64,000 nucleotides of DNA from IMG/VR virus record IMGVR_UViG_3300021376_004065, one strand, 5' to 3'. Positions 44,547 through 58,974 of this stretch are shown piece by piece. Source of the stretch: a virus. The notes under the pieces were generated by a model, which worked only from the letters and a program-made list of their open reading frames with translations, was not told the DNA's origin and did not search any database. Positions within the stretch are counted from its first letter, which is position 1. The number at the start of each line of letters is the position of its first letter. The position numbers were made by a program, and so were the translations under genes.

Positions 44547-47407
44547 TTAATCAGATTGAAATTTTGAACTTGAACCAGCGTATGTATACTTGCTGCCTGG
44601 AAAACTTGTGTCGCTTATATTTCTTGGGCTAGTTTCAAAATGTTGATCCACATATTTTCCATCACCTATTGATATTCCATCATGGCCAAAATTATTATCG
44701 CCGCCTGTCCAAAAAACTGCATACCCAGGTGGTGGATTATCTCCGGATACTAGTACCCGGTGGAAAAAATGATCCCGGAAGATCCTTCACATCTAAATAT
44801 CTCTGAGCTGCGGATGGATACTGCTTAATATCTGGAGTTGCGACTGTTATATTTGGCTCTTGACCAGACGGTAGCCATGCGGATGTGGCAAGTTCGGGTT
44901 TTGCAGTTGCCCCAAAAAGACCTGCTGTCTGAGCTAATATTCTAGCAAATCTATCGCAGTTAATATTTCCTTCTAAATCTGGACGATATCTTGACAAAAA
45001 TTCTTGCACCCTATTTTCACATAGCCATTCACTTATGTATTGAATTTTAAGACCGAGAGGAACAGAAGGAGGATTGTAATTTTTTGATCCAGCATTTTTT
45101 GTGTTTGGATTCGGATTATTTCCAATGATAACATTTGCGTCTGCATTAGATAATGGAAAAAATTCTCTTGGTTTATTATCTATGTAAAGTTTAGGCTTTG
45201 CATTTAACCAAACTGTTATGTCCGGTTGATTTCTATATGGAGCAGAGGCTCCAGAGTCTCTTACTTGGTTGTGTTCTGTAATGTTTTTAGGTCTAGCGAC
45301 TCCACCTGTTTTTGTTTCATCAACCAAGGCTTGTGACGCCCAGTTATTATAGGAATCCCATGATCCGCCCAAGGCTTCATAGGTTGATCTTACTGTATCT
45401 ATATTGACTCCACTAATAACTCCATACGGCATTTGATCATTTTTTCTGCCCCATGCTCCATCGCCCCAGTTCGACCAAAGTTTTAACGACTGTTTTGGAG
45501 TTCTTGCTCCTTGATCTGCGTGATTACCTTGACCAATATAAGCTTGCATTTGAAATGCCATTATTACCATTTGATTTATTGGATACCAAAAAACTTCATC
45601 TACTGTAGTTGCATCCCATTTGCTATTTTTTGAACTTTCTATAGACGAATAACTTTTATTTCTTAATAAATATCCACTAATAGTTCTATCTGCTTTTAAG
45701 TTTGATGAATTTCCATGAATTATTGGAAGATTTGTATCAGTCCAAACTGAACCATTGCTCAGCACTATTTGCATAAGGCCTATAGCGCCTTGCGGATTGT
45801 TGGCCCTTGGCTGAAAACGAGATTCCCTTTCCATTATTCCAATAATTGTAGCTATTTCTTCTATATTATAAAGTCCCAAAGCGACCAACAAATTAGCAAT
45901 GTCTTGTTTCGGCATTGTTTCTCCACTATTGTACACTTTTTTACCAGCACCTAAATACGTATTTTTAAGCTCTGGAGTTATTGGTATAGTGGGCGTTCCC
46001 AATGATGGATTTTCAGGATTAGATTCTGAATTATTTTTAATTAACGGCTTTGCATTGCCTGCTCTTTCATAACCAAAGCTCACATGAATATGATTTTCAT
46101 GGATTGACTCATCTTCCGAGTCTGTGGAAAAGGTAATATATTTAGATAGTCCAGGATATTTTAAGATAAGTATGTCTTTAATTTTTAAACCGTCTGGATC
46201 TTCTCCCGATTTAATGTAGGTATCATAGCATTTTTTAGATATTGTTATTGAATCAGGTTGAAGAAAAATTGGTAAGTTAGATATTTGTGTAATGAATATT
46301 TCAAAATATTCTGCCCATTTTTCTGGATTTAAATTGATAAATTGTTTTTTTGTATTTTTTGTAAGACCTATTCCAAGAATGTCAAAGGCTCTTCCAAAAG
46401 CGTGATCAGATATTGTTGAAGTTGATCTTTCTAACGCTGTCATATAAGATTCTGAAGAACCAAGATTTGATCCCCTGTAAAAAGCAAATTCTCCAGTTAT
46501 AGCTATTCCGCTATTTGCATTGCAAATTTCCAGGAGCATGAGCATGAGCGATATTGACGGATAAAAAAACGACGTATTTGCGTCGGGCAGATCTAAAAAT
46601 TTTTGAATATCTGTTAACTTTGTGTTTGAATCAAAGTCAGCTCTTTGATTTATGTCTTTAAAACTAAAACTTTTTTCTGCGTTAATAGCAAACATTGTCG
46701 GACCATCAGCGATGTCTAAATTGCCATTGCTTTTTATTAGTGTCATTATATCTTCATATATCTTCTTTTCCTCTTCGGAAGCGTCGCTTACAAGAGTTGC
46801 GGGAAAATTATTATTTGGCGCGCCCAAACTTATTGCATCGTCGTCAACATCATACGGTTTTCCATCCATTCTGTAAGGGTTGGATTTATCAGTATCATTC
46901 GCCATTAGCTGAACGTACGCCGAAGCCTTTTGTTGAAAAAAGCCGGGCGCATAACCCGTTCCAAGAGTAGTTGACGCTATAGCTGCCTCAAATGCCTGTT
47001 GACCTGTTAGAAATTTTTTAGATTCTTTAGATCCATCGTACGTTGGATCTGAATATGTAAATTTTTGGTAATCTTCTACTTTTTCCGTTGAAGAAGACAT
47101 TGCATGATCTGCAGCAAAAGCAAGATGGCTATCAAGAGACGAGGAAACTAGTCTATTGTAGGCATACATTGGCAGTGCGGGATCCCTGTAAAGAGCATTG
47201 CCGAGACATTATACTTTCCACACTATGGGATACCAAGCTTCTATTTTCATATCCAGAAATTGAAGCTGAAGTATTTTTAACAATAAGTTGATTGTTTGGA
47301 TATACTTGAGAATGAAATTTTTGAACAAATGATAAAGTTGTGTCAGTATCAGATGGGCTTAATGAAAAATTTGGTCCGTCTATATTTATATCATCGTTTT
47401 CGCTCAT
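44547..47407 (-). CDS. tail-associated cell-wall hydrolase with M15/VanY-like and lytic transglycosylase-like domains, two +1 shifts at CGG
   Basis: SDHAFGRAFDILGIG...ENHIHVSFGY; IIGIMERESRFQPRANNPQGAIGLMQI; joins ...SIMS-GNALYRDPALPMYAYNRL... and ...PPGTSI-GDNPPPGYAVFWTGGDNNFGHDGISIGDGKYVDQHF...; length 2861 = 3n+2. Confidence 0.8.
44742..44745 (-). other. +1 recoding site ATC C GGA
   Basis: In-frame CGG; joins GTSI-GDNPPPGYAVFWTGG. Confidence 0.85.
47200..47203 (-). other. +1 recoding site TCT C GGC
   Basis: In-frame CGG; joins SIMS-GNALYRDP. Confidence 0.85.
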
Positions 47408-50400
47408 TATCCCCTTCTTCCTAATTCTCCAATATAATCTGTATCTAAGTTAACTGAATCCTGATTAAACAATAGAGACTTGGTGTATACTGTTGCAAGA
47501 TTTGAAACAACCATTTCCCAGTTGAGTGTAGCCGGGGTTCCATCAGAATAGTACTCGTCCCATAGGATTAACGGCCATTCTGTTGATTTTGAATATAAGG
47601 ATTCAATTATCTTTATTTCAACTGATACATTAAATAAATCAATAAGATTTTGCGAAAGTCCGAATAAAGGATCGTCAACATTTGTTGGTGAAATAAAATA
47701 ATCTTTATATAAATTATTACTTAGTATTTCTTGGTAAATATTTTCAAAATACTGAGCGATTGGATTAAGTATTTGATTTCCTATTTTTTCTGAAAATATT
47801 GATTGTTTTACTGTTTCTTTTATTTTATTAAAATTTAAATCATTGGATATGAAAACTGATCTAATTGTGTCAATGTATAAATTAAGTTCATTGGTTGTAA
47901 CTCTGTGAAAAATGGTACCAAGTGTTCTATTAAATGTCGTTTGTGTTTTCTGTCCAAAACCATTTTCGGAAATAGTTGTATCTTTTAAGTAATTTTCTTG
48001 TTTATTTTGCGAAGAGCCTGCATCAAACGATTGAGCGTTCACTGATTCCGTGGAACCAAATGTTGAATTTGGTGCTACTCTTAAAACAAATATTTTATCT
48101 CTTAAAGACTCTTCAACATAAACTCTTGCTTTTCCTCCTGGACTACTTGGATCAAAAGTCCCTGCTCTATATACTTTTCCATCTACGCCAATATTTATAT
48201 CTTTAAATACATTTAATTCTGCTGCGTTTATTCCTTCAAATCTAACAGAAAACTCTTTGCTATCAGGATTTAATATGTCTACAACTTTTATTGTGTCTCC
48301 GTCAATAAATCCGTTATCAACAACTTTTACTAAAATTTTAAAGAATTGATTTAATCCTGCTTTTTCTGGGCCTATACCGGAATATTGTAAAACTTTTGCA
48401 CTTACTAATGCATTTTCATAGCTTATGTGCCTAACAAGATCAGCTATGTCTTTTTCTTTCCATCCTAAGTTTTTCAAAAGCTCATCTGTTCGTACGTAAG
48501 CATTTCCCTGTTGTGTCCTAATCAGTCTTCTGCTGTTCACTCCAAGTATACCTGGCAAGAGTGCTTTTGAGTGATACTTGCCTACTACCATTCCTTGATT
48601 GTAAGATAGCCCAGCATCCATTGGCTGTCCGTTTCTTGACAAATATTGAACGTAGCAGCCATGCTGATCAAGTATGTTATCTCTTATAAATTTCCAACCA
48701 CTCCACGCAGCGTCAGAGAAGATAGCGCTACCAGCAACTGCTGCACCGACTGCTACCAGCGCTGCGCCTCCTGTGGCCACAGTTGCAAGAGCTGCTAAAC
48801 CTCCACCAACTACAGTTGCAACTCCAGTTGAAATAAATGCGGTTTTGACGGAGTTTAAATCTGGTTGTTCTATTTTACCGCTTTTACCTAGACTCGACAA
48901 TGCGAGTTGTCGCTGTGCATCTGGTAATGAATTAGCTGTAAAGTTTGCCATAATGTCTTTAACTAAAGCCGAATGACCGTGAGTATATTGTACTCCGCCT
49001 AACATTTGAACACTAAGCGCTTCTGCCAATCTGTCTACAGAAACATTGCCTCCAGAAATTATTCCCGTTCTAGAATTTGCAACAGACAGCAGATATCTAG
49101 TATCGTTTCTTAATGTCTGTAGACTCAACCAGGAGGCGAGCCAGGAAGACATAAACCATCTCGATGGATCGTTTACGGTCACTAGTGCATTGGGCGTTAT
49201 CGATGTTACAAAACCAAGCTCCGGAGTAAAATGATGAACTACTTGCTCAACTTCAAATAGGCCATACATTCTTTCGTATACGTCAGCTAAATAAACTAGA
49301 TCATGAGGTCTTATATCTGGCGATCCTATCACTATTAATTCTCCAGTATAAATATCTTTTACTGATTCCTTTAAATGGGAAAGCGCAACTCTTCTTGCGG
49401 TCAGCTCATCTGGCGATCCTTGTGCCATTTTAGATATTCCTCTTACGGTTTCAAATGGATGAAAAATTGGATGAAGAATTCCAAAAAATCCAGAACCTCG
49501 TATATTGTCAAAATACAATCCAGTTTCTACTGTTTTTTCAACTTGCCTTTCTGGCGAAGCTGCTTTGTCCAAAGCCACAGTAACTGGGTATTTTCCATCA
49601 GAAACAGCTGTAACTACAGTCGCAACATCGTTTATATTTTCTTGAATTTTATTAGATAAAATATGAGTAAAAGAACTTAGATAGTGAACTCTTTGAAATG
49701 GTTCCCTTATCTCCACTACCGGTTCTCCGTACTCTCTTGTAAACGGATTATCCACTGCTCTTAATAGTGTTCCTGGATTACCCATTGTGTAATAAATAGA
49801 ATCATTTAAATATTTATTTAAAACATTTGCTTGCTTATTAAGGTTATCTATCTCGGCCAAACCATATCCCATTTGAGCCATTGAAAGCTTAAACATATTT
49901 AAAAGCCCAGTTAAACCTTCGGAGATTGCGGTAAAGTATATTCCAACATTTCTGTCCCAGAAATCTTTAGTATCTTCAAAAGCAGCCGAAAACCAGTGTG
50001 TGGCACTGTCCCCCTCAGATGCATTTGCTACTAAAAATTCCTTAAATCTACTTGGTTTTTTAGCGTAGTCAGAATTTGGATCTATGAAGGCCTGCCATGC
50101 TTTGTATACTGGAGAAAAGTCCCAAAGTCCGTCTTCCCTGCCAAAACTTATATCCTTTAAGCCAAAGAAGAGCGGATTAGAAGAATAATGAGTAAGTCTT
50201 CTATTTGGCTTTAAGACTAACCATGCTCTGTTGTAGGCATCTGACCACATTATTTGCCTAAACCAACCCACTATAAATAAATACAATTTCTTTGGTGAAT
50301 CTATTTTACTTAAAATTTCTTGTCTCTTCGTTTCTTCAATATTTTTGTAATTACCATCAAATAAATCAGATTGAAAAGATATAAGATTAAGCTCTGTTGC

Positions 50401-53400
50401 GTCTTCTGAAGTGAGATTCCCTTCAACTTTTGTCATAACTAAAAAGCTTAACAAACCAGTTAGTTTAGAAAACTTTCTTCTTAAGGCCGTATCTAAATCT
50501 GTTAATAAACCTGGAACATCATCTTTTATATTTTTATCTGCTTTTTTATCAATAAATTTTTGTGCACTGAAGTTAACCGCTTCTTTAATTTTAGCGGTGT
50601 CCGTTTTTTGTCCTTGCACACTTATTCCTTGTTCTAGATATTGTTCTCCTAATAGAACTTCAAATTCATCTAGTGCATCTACGTCTTTATTTTTTGGATC
50701 TATGTATCTAGTAAAAATTGAAGTATCATCTGATTTTAGGAGTATCAGATCCGTTACAAAGGATGGAAGTTTTTCGTCATCATCTGGATCTAAACCGTAC
50801 GCCTCTTGAAAAAGTGATTTTACCATTTTTTCTTCATGGAAAGTAATTCTAAAAAAGTCCCATATTTCTCTTGCTTGAGCTAATGTTCTTCCGTTTCCTG
50901 CTATTACGCTGACGCTAGTTGAATAATCTTCATCATAATTTTGTCTTGCCTCTATTGAGACCTGTATGTCTGTAGCATCGAAAACGTCTATAAATGTACT
51001 TCTACCAGTGTTGCTTGAGTCTTTGTCTTTAAAGGTGTCAACTTCTTTATCTAGTACAGCGTAGAGTGACTTCTTGCTTAAATCATTAAGTTTTGCACTA
51101 AGTATTTTGTCGTACCAAAGCGTATAGTTTCCACCTAATATTGCCTGAATTCTTTTTTCTTCTCTGGTTCTAAAAGTTATTTCCTGCAGTGGTCTAAATA
51201 AGTCACCCTCAATTGCGTCATTGTTTTTAATAGAATCAATATCCGACAATACATCTGCCAAATATCCAAAGGACCTATGTTCTGTGTTTTCATCAAGCGT
51301 TTGATACTGATCATATGATACTGCATCGTTTCCATGATAGGTTGCCTCCAGTTTAGATTGAGATTTACCTAGTTCATAAGATCCAAATCCTATAATATAA
51401 TTCTTTTCCGACGAATAAGTTTTTGAGTTGCTTGATAGATCGTAATATTTTGATTTGACTATTGAACCAGGAATTACACCAAGTGGAAAATCGTCTTCAA
51501 CAAATGTAAAGTAGCAACTTCTTGCTATCGGAACAATTGAAACTCCTGAGTAGTCACTTTTACCTCCCACTTTATCATTGTCACTCCAGTATTTTGAGAT
51601 AGTATAATATTCAGAAAGATCGAATTTCTGTGACCAACTTTCTTTAAATTCTTGTGGCATTGCAGTATAACCACCTAAGTAATTTACAATACCGACGAAA
51701 ATCGTTATATGTCGAGTCGAGGTTACCGGCAAGATATTCAGTTCCAAAAGTATACTGATTTGCATTATAGTTGTTATTTTCTGAGAACATTGAATTATTA
51801 TTTAATATTCCAAGATAGTATGCTGCATCGGGAGAAACTACTGCATCTATAAATGGATTGGCTTGTGCGTTTTCGCCGTATGCGATGTCGTTTGGATCAT
51901 CGCTTTTTATTTTTCCAGAGTCATAAAATATTTGATCTCTTTGATTTCCCCACAGGAAGTACGCTGGCTTACAGCAGACCGCGGTATTTGTTGCAGGACT
52001 ATATACTAATACTTTTCTGTTTTTATAATCTTGTGGTTTGCCGTATAGATACCATTTTGATGTATCATCTTCAGCAGCTTGAGGTGGTCTTAATCCATAT
52101 AAACTATCTTTATATTGATTTGTAAAAGCATTTTTTATTTCCTTAGAATCAAACCATACTGGCTCATATGGCCATCTCATTGCTATATAAAACTGTTCAG
52201 CATTTGCATCTGCTGGCATTCCCCATTCATGATATACCTTTGTTTCTCTATTATATAATTCTTGCAGAAGAGCTGGTTTTGCATTGGGGTATTCGAAATG
52301 CTCTCCATAATAATAATTGGAATTCTCACTGTCGTCCTGGTATGGATCTATTTTACCAGTATAAACTTGATCACTATTGCTAGCATTGGGCGTAAGTGAT
52401 GTGTTTATCAATGAATGCCACGATGGAAATGGCATTACTATTATATTAAAATCTGCATTGCTGGGACCAGTTGTATCCATGAAAGCTTGACTGCTCATTA
52501 TTTGTGCAACGGATTCAAAACCAGCTTGTGACAATAGTTTATTTGAGTAAGAAAAAGAATCAAACTTGAACACAAAAGATGGTGCAGTATTACCATTTCC
52601 AGTTTCTTCATTATCTGGTTTTTGTGTAATTCCAGAACTGTTTTGAAGCGCTTTAAACTCTCCTACTATTAACTGTAAATAACTATACGATCCTCTTAAA
52701 TTTACATCAGAGGTAGCAAATGATTTATTGTCGCCGCGCAAAGAGGACGGTACCGTCTGCAACTGAGGTAGCATTAGCGGCTTTATTGCTTAATATATTA
52801 TGATATACATCGCCGTCACTGTAATATCCGAGCAGAGCTCTTGCATTGAAGTTAAATATATAACCACCATGAAAACCGTCAAATGAGGTTGTTTTTCTAT
52901 CTGTAAAATATGGAAATTGATATCTAAACGGTAGTTTGGATATTTGCTTATGTGTTCCAGCTATATCTGTAATGCTTCTTTCAGTAGAAGTTGGCTGTCC
53001 AAATGGAAGGTGAAAACCAACAGAAACAACGCCTTTGTTTACTGGCAAACGTGCCACAACTTTCTTTTGAGTTTTATCATAAAAAATCATTCTTCTTGGA
53101 TCTTCAAAGTTAATTAGTTTCTTTTTATACTTATCTTTTATGTATGAAACGGGTAGGAATTCATTTGACCCATCGTATGCAGATTGAATAAACTCTTCTG
53201 CTAAATCAAGTGGAGATGATCCTTCAAAATTTTTCTGAAAAGCAGATGCGTCAGCCATAGGATTACTTTCCCTGTTGATAATGTCTAATAGCTCGACAAG
53301 ATCACTATCTCTATCTATTGTTTTTGGTCCATTATATTTTTTACCCATTCGCAGTGCAGCCTGTTCGCCAACAAAACCTGTTGATATTGGCATAACTCCG

Positions 53401-56400
53401 GAAGTATATAGCCAATGTGGTTTACCGTAAAAAATAGTTGACCTGTCCTCGAATGGTCTTATGGCACAGATATAATTTGGCAATAATCTAGCACATAGCT
53501 GAAACATATCCCAAACACTTCTCATGTATGTTTGAGCTCTAAAAGATACCTCATCAAAACCGCGCATGTCGTCATCAGATCTAGATACTAATCCCAGTGT
53601 TTCAAATATTCCGGCGGTTGTCCTTCCGTTTATTGCTCCCAGTAATCCTGAACCAATCATTGATTGACCAAAAAAACCAAACACAGGAAAGCCAGTAGCT
53701 ATTAATCCCACTCCAGCTACAGCTGCAGCTCCGCTTAATAACTGAGATGTACCTATTGCATTGCTGGTATTTTGAATCCCTTTACCAGCTATATTGACAT
53801 CTATTAATGCGTTGTTATTTTGTATTGCCCTATCCCAAGAGGCGTCGCCAAGTCTTTGTAGATAAGCTTTTCTGCTCATCGATAATTCATCGTATGCTCC
53901 TTGATCAACAGACGCGGCTGTTGACCATCCAACGTCTAGGTCTCCTCCCAAAAATTGCGAAACACCTAAACCGTTTCCTGGATAAATATTTCTTTTAAAA
54001 ACTTCATAATCTCTTTGAGTAGAGAGATTAGCCATTAGAGTCCTCATATGACCAGCCACTGGCAATCTTAGTGCTCCTCCTGCCACTCCTGCTAGAAATG
54101 CCCCAGGAAGACCTCCCGCAACTCCACCAGCGGCAATTGAGCCACCTATAACTGCGGCGTCTACGCCATTGTATGAACCAACAGTATTGTTCCAAGCAGC
54201 TTTTAATAGCTGTGACATATCAAAAGATTCGTCACTGACAACATCTATTGCATTTTTAAAGGCTTGTTTAATTGCTCTATTTTTTTCTAACTCAAGATCA
54301 CTTAGTGGTTCATATAATATTGTACCAAAGTGTCTTATTCCAAATTTGTTTTCAGAAAAAACAGTACCTCTTGTAGCATGCCCGATTGCCTCTCTGAATC
54401 TAGACGTGCCCATGGACAGTAACTTAACCATTAGATCTCTTGGCTCAGACATAAACATGCCGGTATTTATACCGCCATCTATCTTTCCGCTATTTCCTTT
54501 TTTATTTGCCGAGTTTATAATTGGACTTAATTCTATAGCATCGGATTGACAAGTTACAGTTACTATTTCTCCCATTTCGACATTGGTAATTAATCCGTTG
54601 AACAACGTTTGAAGTGCATTTGGATTAGAACCATATCCGCCTCTTAAGTGAACTCTAACACCTGGTTTAAGTCTTATATTTTCTATGTCAACAATGTATT
54701 TGTTATCAAAATGTGCTTTAAAATTTCTTGATCTATTTAAAAGCGTATCAACTATTTTACTTAATCCCTCTGCCATATTTATTTGAGAAGGATCAGACTG
54801 AGTTCCGATTTCAAATATTCTGCTTGTTTCAGGCCTGTTGAGTTTAGAGTACATATTGGAAACTCTAAAAATAAGAGTATCACCTAAAATATCTTCAGAT
54901 TGAACTATGGAAAAATCAATTAAGGATTGAAGACCATAAAAATTATTAAAAACTTTAGTTCCAAAAAACATTCCACCCTCATCAATAAGCCATAGCATGT
55001 ATGTTGGAAATGCTCTTATCATTCTTCCGGAAAGATCTCTATAGGATGTATCTATCAGCATTTTCTCCCAATGTTTTGTTACAGAATATTGATCGCCCTT
55101 TTTGCCTGAAATTGTTTCTGCTCCGCGTTCATTATTGGAATATGCGTATTGATAATCGGCCAGAGCTTTAGTTCCAATTTCTGACATATGAGGTTTTTGA
55201 ACATTGTTATCTGGAGTTTGGGAATCAGAAACTTTTGTAAAGTGTATTGATCTTTTCTCGACTTTTCCTTTTTCTGGATCTATCTTTTCCTTTATATTAA
55301 AACTATTATTTTGAAGATAAAATCTACCATCTTCTCTACTAAGATAGCCAAAGTTATATCCGAGCTGCGGTTTGCATCATAGCCGGTATGAGAACACTGT
55401 AACCTTCTTCCATTGCTGGAACCGCATAGACAATTCCATGCATATACTCAAGTAATTGGCCGTTTGAGTTATCTACTCCAGCCATTAAATTGTCTGGATC
55501 AATGCTTATAAGTTTGTCTTCGATATTTTTTGTTTGATCTAAGATTTCTGATAATGTAGCTTCTAATTTATCTTTTGCTCCAGAAGTAATTTCTCCCACT
55601 TTAAACTCTCCCATTGGAACTGCAAAATTAGTATCAGAAAAAATAAATAACTTATCTTCGATAGTTAAACTATCTACATAGTCAAGAAGAAGGCTTTCGC
55701 TAAACCCAGTATATTTAAGAATTGTTTTTTGAATTAATGAATACATTTTTGATGGAGTAATCTGATTTGCGTTGGCAAACACTTGTAGGTTTTCTATTTC
55801 ATCATTTCTTAAATAATCAACTATTTTATCTATGAGAACTTGATCTTTTTTCTCTTCGTTTTCTTTTGATTCTTCTGAAGTGCCCTCAAACATTGACGGC
55901 TTTAAAATAGCTGTTTCTTGTATGGATTGATTGTTAATGACATCCCTGTCAAACATGTCAAATCCTCTGAAATAATAATCTGGATCTAAACAGCCGACAA
56001 CATCGCCCTCTTTATTTCTTAATTCTAATGGCATATCTGGATAGCTGTTAAATGCTCCCCAAAGTTGTTTTATTCTTAAAAATGGATTTTTCTTTGTTCC
56101 AAACTCTTCTGCAAATTTCTCTTGTTGTTTGTGCGATAGTCTTTCTCGCTTCTGTTGAAAAATATCAAAATCAACAAGAGTTAATTGAACTTTATAAACA
56201 TGAGGAAAATTAGGTATTGTATCCACATTGTACCTTAGCGGTAAGACATATTTTACTCCGGCTAAAGTTGTTATTATATTTTTTAATCCTAAAAATCCAA
56301 TAACTCCAGCTGCGTTTTCAAGTCTGGCTAAACCGCTAATGTGATCAAATATATTTCTAAGTTTTATTAACTCTTCCTCGCCAAAAACAGTTAGTGACAT

Positions 56401-58965
56401 ATTAATATAAGTATCTTTACCGCCTATGTGCTGATATGTTGGCTCATCTTGAAGTTGAACTTGTAGTTTTACCAAATTATTACCCATAGTCAAACTAACG
56501 CCATCAACTATAACGTTCTTAGGATTAAGATTAACCTTTATCATAGGAACTTCCCATTCGTTGAACGAATAAGATCCTTCCTTTCTTTGAGCTGCATCAA
56601 TGTAGTCTTTAATTGGTCCAGCTATAAAGAATCTTTCATACAAGGTTTTATTAAAGGAATCGATCAACTCCTGCTTTGCTTGTTCTCTTGCTTCGATTTC
56701 AGTTATTTTTAGAGTTGGATCAGCAAGTTTTTCTGCAACTATTCTTTCAATCAACTCTTCTAAAAGTCCATTAGAGTTTCTTGATTGAAATTCTAAGTAG
56801 TTCCTAACCTCAACCAAGGTAACGCCAGATACCGGCTTTCCGTCACTGCCGATAGGCATTCTGGGTATCTTGAAAGTGTTATACTGATCTGATGGTCTTT
56901 GCGATGTTTTTCTCAAGATATAATCTAAGCCATCTGGAATAATAAAAATATTTGGATTTTTTTGCAAATATACTCTAGCTAAATAATCGTAAACTTTATC
57001 GTTGATTTCTTTTGAATCTTTACCAGCCAAAAGTATATCTAGGGCTGTATTAACTTTTCTTCTTACATTTGGACTAATGATTATTTCTCTGCTTGTAACA
57101 ACTTGATCAAGCGATCTACCATAACTAGCTGACTCATTAATGTCTATTCCCAGTCGATATAAAATTGATGACCAAATATCTCTTCCCGTATCTGATAAAA
57201 GCTTTTCTTGATCAGTTGCAAACGTGGATGTATCTGGAGTAAAGATTTTACTTTGAAGTCTTTCTGGCATGTAAATTTCTATATTGTTTCCATCTTTCCA
57301 ATCTGAATATGGTTGTATGGAAATTGTTTCTTCTACTATATTACTTTCAGTTTTTTCAATGTCAACAACCTGTTCTGTCTCACTTGCTTTTTTGATAAGG
57401 AACTCCGCATTGACGTACTTATCCAGGTCTTGACCAGCCCTAGTCATGTAATGCCTGTACTTGCCCCAGTGAACTGCTTGATTAAAATCTTTAATCATAG
57501 GAAGAAACGGTTTATGATTAAATGCATTCATTTCCAAATCTACTACTAGACAAAATGGAAAATTTGGAATTGTAGAAATAGACATATTGGATAACGTAAC
57601 TCCAGTAATTCCGTGCACTCTATTTAAATAGTCATTTTTTATTGGAATTATTGGAGAAGACTTAAACATTGCAACAAGGCCCCTAAGGGAGGATAAAAAC
57701 TTGTCTATTTTTTCTTCAGAATCACTATTTATTTTTATATCAAAATTATCTTGTCTTAGATCAATACTTGAACCATCTAATACCGATAGTCCCCATATCT
57801 CTTCATAGTTTGGAAAATACAACCTAGTCGATATAACAGTATCTTTATATCCTGTATTGAACTTTGGGCTGTTCTTTTGTCTTATTGCGCCCCCGGTAAG
57901 ACTGCCTGATCTAAAATTAACATCAACATTTATAGATACAGGAGGAACATAAAAATTAGATGCTCCTATTCTAAGATGAAAAATATCAGGAGTCTTTGGT
58001 GGTATATTGGCTCTGAATGGGAATTCCTCTAAAGCTTTTTGAATTCTTACAGCTGTGTTTACCAAAGACCAAGCTGGACTAAATACTGCTTCTCCATTTT
58101 CGTCTATTCCAAAAGACTTAAACATTCTAACTGCTATTTGAACTGGATCATTCAATGGATCGTCTGTACTACCGCCTAATCCATTATTTGAATAATCTGC
58201 AGTTGCAGCTAGTGAATCGAAAATAAATTGAGCTAGCTTTGGCATGTATTGATGAATTTGATACGCCAATACTGGATCTTTTAACAAAGTGTTATAGCCT
58301 TTAATTAAAAGATTAAGCCATTCGATATCAAAATCTTTACCTGGATCTTGCGTAAGTCCTTCTATCGCGCTCTTTTGCAAAGCCGCTTTACTGGTGAATC
58401 TTTTTTGAGCAAATTTTTGTATTTGTGGTTTAAAAAACACAATATTTAAAAGATCAGATTGCAGTGCCTTTTTATATAATTTGTCATAGACAGACAAATG
58501 TTCTACTTTGGTAAAGTCTAAACCATGTGGAGATATTATTTGAAAAAATTCTTGCGGATGAATTACATATTTTGTATTTAGGTATTCACCATCTCCATCA
58601 TAATAAATATACTGATTAGACTTTTGATCAAAATTTAACTTATTTTTTTCGTTTTGGTCTTTGGAAAAAAATATTTTACGATCATTAAGAGAAAATAAAG
58701 AGTCTCTACTCCTCAAAAGTAAACCTGTATACTGATGGGTGGCCCACATTTGAACTGCTGATACTGGAGCAGAACTATTGCTAATAGCTACAATGTAATC
58801 ATACAAATCTGGACCAATAGCGTACTCTGTTGGTGATACCTGTATTTTCTTACCATTTACTTCAATTTCGTGCCTTTGTTGACCAGGCCTAGAAAACTGT
58901 GTCCAAAAATTTCGCACATAAGAAATTGCCTCTTGTTTTGTTATTTTATCCTGATTGTTAGCCAT
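47407..58965 (-). CDS. giant tail/baseplate polyprotein-like gene (about 3,851 aa), three +1 shifts at CGG
   Basis: Joins 55354..58965, 52725..55187, 51644..52774, 47407..51765 with no intervening stop: ...MMQTAA-GYNFGYLSREDGRFYLQ..., ...DGTVLFA-GDNKSFATSDVNL..., ...DSTYNDFR-GIVNYLGGYTAMPQEFKESW...; length 11559 = 3n+3 skipped. Confidence 0.75.
51691..51694 (-). other. +1 recoding site CGT C GGT
   Basis: In-frame CGG; joins NDFR-GIVNYLGGY; the preceding CGT (Arg) is read normally. Confidence 0.85.
52733..52736 (-). other. +1 recoding site GCG C GGC
   Basis: In-frame CGG; joins VLFA-GDNKSF. Confidence 0.85.
55359..55362 (-). other. +1 recoding site GCT C GGA
   Basis: In-frame CGG; joins QTAA-GYNFGYL. 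Confidence 0.85.
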
Positions 58966-58974
58966 ATGTGCCTT

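Noticed and set aside
44745-44770. Additional CGG triplets near the 44743 site (CCG GGT, CCG GGA)
   Set aside because: These CGGs are out of frame (Pro-Gly codons) and the ORF reads through them normally, supporting the in-frame-only rule.
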